Below, in pieces: positions 59,472 to 64,000 of a stretch of 64,000 bases of DNA. The stretch is taken from positions 1,705 through 65,704 of the forward strand of contig JADHWI010000004.1 of NCBI GenBank assembly GCA_016783565.1, written 5' to 3'. The stretch comes from Kiritimatiellia bacterium. GTDB lineage: Bacteria; Verrucomicrobiota; Kiritimatiellia; UBA8416; JADHWI01. Position 1 is the stretch's first letter; each line of letters begins with the position of its first letter. Position numbers and translations under genes: made by a program. Under the pieces are notes generated by a model that saw nothing but the letters and a program-made list of their open reading frames with translations, had not been told where the DNA came from and ran no database searches.

Positions 59472-60494
59472 ATGGAAGAGAGAATTGACCGGGTTGATGC
59501 GACGATATTGAAGGTGCTTTCCGAATTTGGGGGACCTGTTGGGGCTGCCCGGATAGGTCGCGAGCTTGAGTCTATGGGTATTGAGGTGCGACCGCGTACG
59601 ATCCGTTTCCGATTGAATCGTATGGATGAAGTTGGATTGACTGAATGTGTCAGTCGTCGTGCGGGAAGGCGGATTCTCGAGCGTGGGCGTGAGGAATTAG
59701 GACGCGTCCATGTTATTGATAAACTTGGGTTTGTAGCAGCCCGCATGGATGTATTGAGTTACCGAATGACCTTTGATCCACTTGAGCAGGCGGGGTCCAT
59801 TATTGCCAATGTGGTGCTTGTTCGTCGGCAGGATTTATCGCGATCGATTTATGCGATGTCTCCAGTTCTCGAGGCGGGGTTGGGTATGGGCTCACATTTG
59901 GCATTGGCGCAACAGGGCGAGATCTTGTCCGGAGTTCGGGTTCCGCCCGGACGGGTTGGGCTGGCTACGGTATGCAGTGTGGTTGTCAATGGCATGTTGC
60001 TCCGTCGTGGTATACCGGTTGTTTCCCGGTTTGGAGGTCTGTTGGAGTTGAGGGAGCACAAGCCGGTTCGATTTGTGCAGTTGATCGAGTATCGCGGTAC
60101 GACCATGGATCCCCTGGATGCTTACATCAAGGCTGGTATGACGACCGTGGGTGCATGTGTTGAGTCGGGCAATGGTGTTATTGGGGCCAGTTTCAGAGAA
60201 GTACCGACGGTTGCGCTGGACGCGGTGTTTCTTGCTCAACGGGACATGAAAGGTTGCGGGTTGTCGGGCATTCTGATGACGGGGCAGCCGAATCAGCCTT
60301 TACTGGGTATTCCTGTCTCCGAGGGGCATACGGGCATGATTGTGATCGGTGGGATGAATCCATTTGCGGCGATGTTTGAGGCGGGGATTCCGGTTGAACT
60401 GGAGTCTCTTTCCGGGTTGGAGGACTGGGCTCGATTCAAACCGCATGACGACTTTGAATCTATTGCGCGTCGCCGCAGTCCGTACGTGGATTGA
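59472..60494 (+). CDS. nrpR: NrpR-family nitrogen regulator (wHTH plus a single NRD/DUF128 domain)
   Basis: ILKVLSEFGGPVGAARI...RTIRFRL..MDE.GLT HTH; ATVCSVVVNG.LL..GIP, FGGLLE, Y.GTT.DPL, ASFREVP, GGMNP. Confidence 0.88.
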   Translation: MEERIDRVDATILKVLSEFGGPVGAARIGRELESMGIEVRPRTIRFRLNRMDEVGLTECVSRRAGRRILERGREELGRVHVIDKLGFVAARMDVLSYRMTFDPLEQAGSIIANVVLVRRQDLSRSIYAMSPVLEAGLGMGSHLALAQQGEILSGVRVPPGRVGLATVCSVVVNGMLLRRGIPVVSRFGGLLELREHKPVRFVQLIEYRGTTMDPLDAYIKAGMTTVGACVESGNGVIGASFREVPTVALDAVFLAQRDMKGCGLSGILMTGQPNQPLLGIPVSEGHTGMIVIGGMNPFAAMFEAGIPVELESLSGLEDWARFKPHDDFESIARRRSPYVD

Positions 60495-60586
60495 TCTGTT
60501 ACACGCATCCAAACCTGTTGAGGCATACATAACAGCCCATCGGCTTTTTGGACCGATGGGCTGTTCTTGTTTTAGATTTATGTGTA

Positions 60587-61468
60587 TTAGTTCGCGGCCT
60601 TCAAGTCATTGTACATCTGGAAGGCACTATCAGGGGTTGCGTTCTCGTGCACGACGGAGCGCACAGCCTGAATCATGGCGATGGGGTCTTCAGCCTGGAA
60701 GATATTCCGCCCCATGTCCACGCCCATGGCGCCCTGATCAATGGCCTTGTAAGCCATATTGAGAGCATCCAGTTCAGGCAGTTTCTTTCCGCCCGCGATT
60801 ACGATCGGCACGGGACAGGCCGCTGTGACCTTTTCGAAGTCCTCTTCGCAATAGTAGGTCTTGACGACCTGGGCACCATTTTCGGCGATGACGCGCGCGC
60901 CCATTGCCAGATAGCGGGCATCGCGGACAAGTTCTTTCCCAACAGCGTTGACGCCGAGGGTAGGGATGCCATAGCGCAGACCCGTCTCGATCATCTTGCA
61001 TAGGTTACGGATGGTAAGCGCCTCATATTTGCCGCCAATGGCACACATGGTCGCCATCATGGTAGCGTTGAGGCGAATGGCATCTTCGACTTCGACGCCG
61101 ACGCATTCGTCATTAAGCTCAGTCAGGATTGTTGAGCCGGCAGAGCAGCGCAGTGAGATGGGCTTGTTGAATGTCGGGGGGATCACCGTTCGCAGAATGC
61201 CGCGGGCACACATCAGGCAGTCCGCGTATTCCAGTAGTGGCGTGATGGTGAGATCGATACGCTCCAATCCCGACGTCGGGCCCATGATATAACCATGATC
61301 GAAGGCCAGCATCACGGTTTTTCCCGATTTCTGATCGAACACCCGTGAGAGGCGATCCTTCATGCCCCAGTCATAGTTGTTGGCGCCTTTGAGTTCGTAT
61401 ACGGTGTTTTTTTGTGGTGTATCGAACCCGTAATCTTTAGCGGCGATATTGCCTGTTGCATCAGCCAT
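60587..61468 (-). CDS. lsrF: LsrF-family thiolase/class I aldolase
   Basis: DWGMKDRLSR, MLAFDHGY.MGPTSGLER, VKTYY, VIAGGKK, DMGRNIFQ motifs. Confidence 0.9.
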   Translation of the reverse strand: MADATGNIAAKDYGFDTPQKNTVYELKGANNYDWGMKDRLSRVFDQKSGKTVMLAFDHGYIMGPTSGLERIDLTITPLLEYADCLMCARGILRTVIPPTFNKPISLRCSAGSTILTELNDECVGVEVEDAIRLNATMMATMCAIGGKYEALTIRNLCKMIETGLRYGIPTLGVNAVGKELVRDARYLAMGARVIAENGAQVVKTYYCEEDFEKVTAACPVPIVIAGGKKLPELDALNMAYKAIDQGAMGVDMGRNIFQAEDPIAMIQAVRSVVHENATPDSAFQMYNDLKAAN

Positions 61469-62102
61469 TTTGTAATCCCTCCTTTAGTCCTGTGAATAGA
61501 ATCGACATGGATGTTGCGCCCGGGTCGACATGACCAATGGAGCGCTCACCAATATTTTTTGCTCGTCCAAACGTTGCCTGCATGTCCTTTGTGGATTCTG
61601 CGCCTTTGATGGCGGCTTCCGAACCGGCGGTCATGGCGGCCTCGATCGTTTCTCCTGCGTCTGCGGCTGCACGTATGGCTGCTATTGCGGGAACCAGTGT
61701 ATCGATCATGGTCTTGCCGCCGACTTCCGCACGCGTATTCTTGCGCAGTTTGGCAACGCCTGATTCGAGCATGGCGGTCCAGATTGCGCAATCAATCGGT
61801 CCTTCTTCCGGTGTCGTTTCGCTCATACCCATGAACAGAGAGCCGTAAAGAGGACTGGTCGAACCGGCATCGGTTGACATGGCGGCCCAACCAATGGCTT
61901 TGAGAAGTTTTTTGAGGTTGCCGTCTTCGTTCTGGTCTATGGTGGTTGTGATGGCATCTGCCACCTTGGCAATTGCGGTTCCGTGGTCCCCGTCGCCCGT
62001 GGCTGAATCGAGCTCGGACAAATGGTCACGGTTCGCTTTGATTTGTGCTGCCGCGGTCTTAAGCATGGTGACCACGGAGTTGTAATCTACCGTATCTGGC
62101 AT
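61461..62102 (-). CDS. dhaL: Dihydroxyacetone kinase L-like subunit (DAK2)
   Basis: LDSATGDGDHG, GKTMIDTL, FGRAKNIGERSIGHVDPGATS motifs. Confidence 0.9.
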   Translation of the reverse strand: MPDTVDYNSVVTMLKTAAAQIKANRDHLSELDSATGDGDHGTAIAKVADAITTTIDQNEDGNLKKLLKAIGWAAMSTDAGSTSPLYGSLFMGMSETTPEEGPIDCAIWTAMLESGVAKLRKNTRAEVGGKTMIDTLVPAIAAIRAAADAGETIEAAMTAGSEAAIKGAESTKDMQATFGRAKNIGERSIGHVDPGATSMSILFTGLKEGLQNG

Positions 62103-62206
62103 TGATTTTCTCCATGTTCGCTATATGGGTAGGCATGCGTTCTGCATGGTTGAAACGAATGTTACCGCAAAGCGTATTGTTGTATGTTGTTCTTAATATC
62201 GGAAAC

Positions 62207-62233
62207 GCCGACAGTCTTGAATAGACTGTCGGC
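62207..62233. other. Intercistronic hairpin
   Basis: GCCGACAGTCT-TGAAT-AGACTGTCGGC perfect 11-bp stem. Confidence 0.6.
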
Positions 62234-62262
62234 ATTCCCGTGGTTTACTTTATCTTTTGTGT

Positions 62263-62868
62263 CTAGCTTGCTGCCGGCGTGACGGCCTTTTCGTAAGCGC
62301 CTCGCCACAGGACGGTGATGAAACCGAAGACCTGACCCACTGCGCAAGCGATCAATTCAGGAACGGCGACTGACATGAAGCTGGGCATGTCGTGTGCAAT
62401 CCCGATCTTGACGGCTTCGCCGGCTTCGTTGACTCCTACGGTTCCGCCAAGTGTCATGATGGCGAAGAACATTCCTGATCCGATGAACAGACCTGGAATG
62501 AAGTCGAACATGGGCACTCTCTCCAGACTGATGGCCGGAATCACGATGATGAATACCGCCAGAGCGTAGGAGAGATAGTAGTTCGGTGCCTCTGCGCTAC
62601 CGAGCATCGGTGCCATGGCATCACCCATCAACATGATGGCGATGGATGCTGCAATACCGCTGGCATAGGCCAGAAGTACTTTGACGCCATTTTTCGGCGT
62701 GCAGCCTGCTGCAAAGTACACGGCCCATGCCTGGAACGTAACAAAGATGAGCAGTCCCGGTCCGCCTACCGCAGCGGTTGAACCTGGGATGAATTTGCCG
62801 ATCAACATTAGAATCGCGGCCTGAACACCCAGAAGAATCGGAATTATAATGAATTTTCCAAACGACAT
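62263..62868 (-). CDS. DUF1097-family membrane protein
   Basis: Multiple TM helices; FQAWAVYFAAG; FIPGLFIG...FFA. Confidence 0.7.
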   Translation of the reverse strand: MSFGKFIIIPILLGVQAAILMLIGKFIPGSTAAVGGPGLLIFVTFQAWAVYFAAGCTPKNGVKVLLAYASGIAASIAIMLMGDAMAPMLGSAEAPNYYLSYALAVFIIVIPAISLERVPMFDFIPGLFIGSGMFFAIMTLGGTVGVNEAGEAVKIGIAHDMPSFMSVAVPELIACAVGQVFGFITVLWRGAYEKAVTPAAS

Positions 62869-62940
62869 ATGACTTTACCTCAATGTGTGTTTTCGCCCTG
62901 TTTTGGGCATTTATTGTTACGTTACCTATTTGTAGACGGG

Positions 62941-63942
62941 TTACCTTGTGACCCAGAACGGTGCATCCGACGGAGCGTTAAGCAAGGCTTCGAGCTCGTC
63001 ATCGAGTTTCGCCGCAAACATCTGGAATCCACCCATTTCCTGTACGGTGAGATATTCGCCTACCAGTGCATGCGCAACGCTCATGCCCTGTGCTTCTACG
63101 AAGTTCTTTGCCGCGCGGAATACGATGAACTGCTCCATCAACGTGGTGGACCCGGCGCCGTTGATCATGAGCAGGATTTTGTCGCCGCTCACGCAGTTTG
63201 CTGCAGGCAGCAATTGTGTAGCCATCTTCACGGCTGTTTCGTCGGCCGTCAGCATCTTGCTGCTGCCGGTTCCGGCTTCGCCGTGCTGGCCCATGCCGAT
63301 TTCCATCTCATCGTCAGCGAGTTCGAAGATTGCGCCACCGGACTGAGGATGGGTTGCCGTGGTGAGAGCAACGGCCAGCGTGGCCATGTTGTTGTTGATC
63401 TTTTCGGCTACAGCGTAGACTTCGTCCAGACTTTTTCCGGCTTCGGCAGCGGCGCCCGCAACTTTGTACAGGGGCACGCAACCTGCCAGGCCACGACGAT
63501 TTTCGATCGGGGCATCAGCACCCGGAGCGATGTCTTCGTGTGTCAGGATCATTTTGACGTTGATGCCTTCTTCCTGTGCCATTTCCATGGCCATGTTGCC
63601 ACTCATGACGTCGCCTTCGTGATTCAGCACCACGAACAGGATGCCGGCATCGCGTTTCAGGAGACGAAGGGCTTCGATGACTTTCGGTGCGCCCGGTGCC
63701 GCGAAGATATCGCCGACCACAGAAGCGTCCAGCATGCCTTCGCCGACGAAGCCACTCAGCGCGGGCTCGTGTCCGGCTCCACCGAGAGTGACGATGGCTA
63801 CTTTGCTTTCGTCTTTCGGGGTTGCCCGCATGACGATTTTATCTGAAACCAGTTTGACCTGGTTGGGATTGGCGGCGCAGTAGCCCTCCAGGAGCTCTGC
63901 TGTCAGGTTGTCAGGATTGTTGATGAATTTTTTCATAGGCAT
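62941..63942 (-). CDS. dhaK: Dihydroxyacetone kinase K-like subunit (DAK1)
   Basis: MKKFINNP, GGAGHEP, FAAP, NHEGD, RRGLAG, EIGMGQHGE motifs. Confidence 0.92.
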   Translation of the reverse strand: MPMKKFINNPDNLTAELLEGYCAANPNQVKLVSDKIVMRATPKDESKVAIVTLGGAGHEPALSGFVGEGMLDASVVGDIFAAPGAPKVIEALRLLKRDAGILFVVLNHEGDVMSGNMAMEMAQEEGINVKMILTHEDIAPGADAPIENRRGLAGCVPLYKVAGAAAEAGKSLDEVYAVAEKINNNMATLAVALTTATHPQSGGAIFELADDEMEIGMGQHGEAGTGSSKMLTADETAVKMATQLLPAANCVSGDKILLMINGAGSTTLMEQFIVFRAAKNFVEAQGMSVAHALVGEYLTVQEMGGFQMFAAKLDDELEALLNAPSDAPFWVTR

Positions 63943-64000
63943 GATTGATGCACCTTTTTGTTATGTCGTTTAATTAAGCTGCGAATTCCATGAGTTCGAT

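Overview
Chromosomal segment of a PVC-superphylum bacterium, most likely Kiritimatiellota/Lentisphaerota/Verrucomicrobiota (PVC small basic signature protein, sulfatases, Verrucomicrobia-style secreted proteins). Left to right: a TPR-exbB-exbD operon ending in a giant (>1220 aa) TonB/TolA-like ORF that runs off the left edge and is absent from the ORF track; the PVC small basic protein and an SH3 protein; a very large secreted LamG/NHL protein split by a 1-nt frameshift; serC; two 89-bp repeats, each a tRNA-Arg 5' fragment with a 36-bp palindrome inserted in the D-loop, then an intact tRNA-Arg(CCG) and a stand-alone GIY-YIG nuclease (the top finding); a Rid/FkbO-like protein; a Tat-exported [NiFe]-hydrogenase operon coupled to a secreted LVIVD protein; LPS GT4 and kinase; trkAH plus a cation-chloride cotransporter; a heavy-metal RND (czc/cus-like) operon; two sulfatases, one fused to a trmO fragment; phoH and a parvulin; a nitrogen-assimilation cluster (GSIII, gltBD, PPDK-like protein, gdhA, nrpR); and a dhaK-DUF1097-dhaL-lsrF catabolic operon. 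No CRISPR array, rRNA or transposase was found. Family assignments are by motif recognition only; no searches were run.
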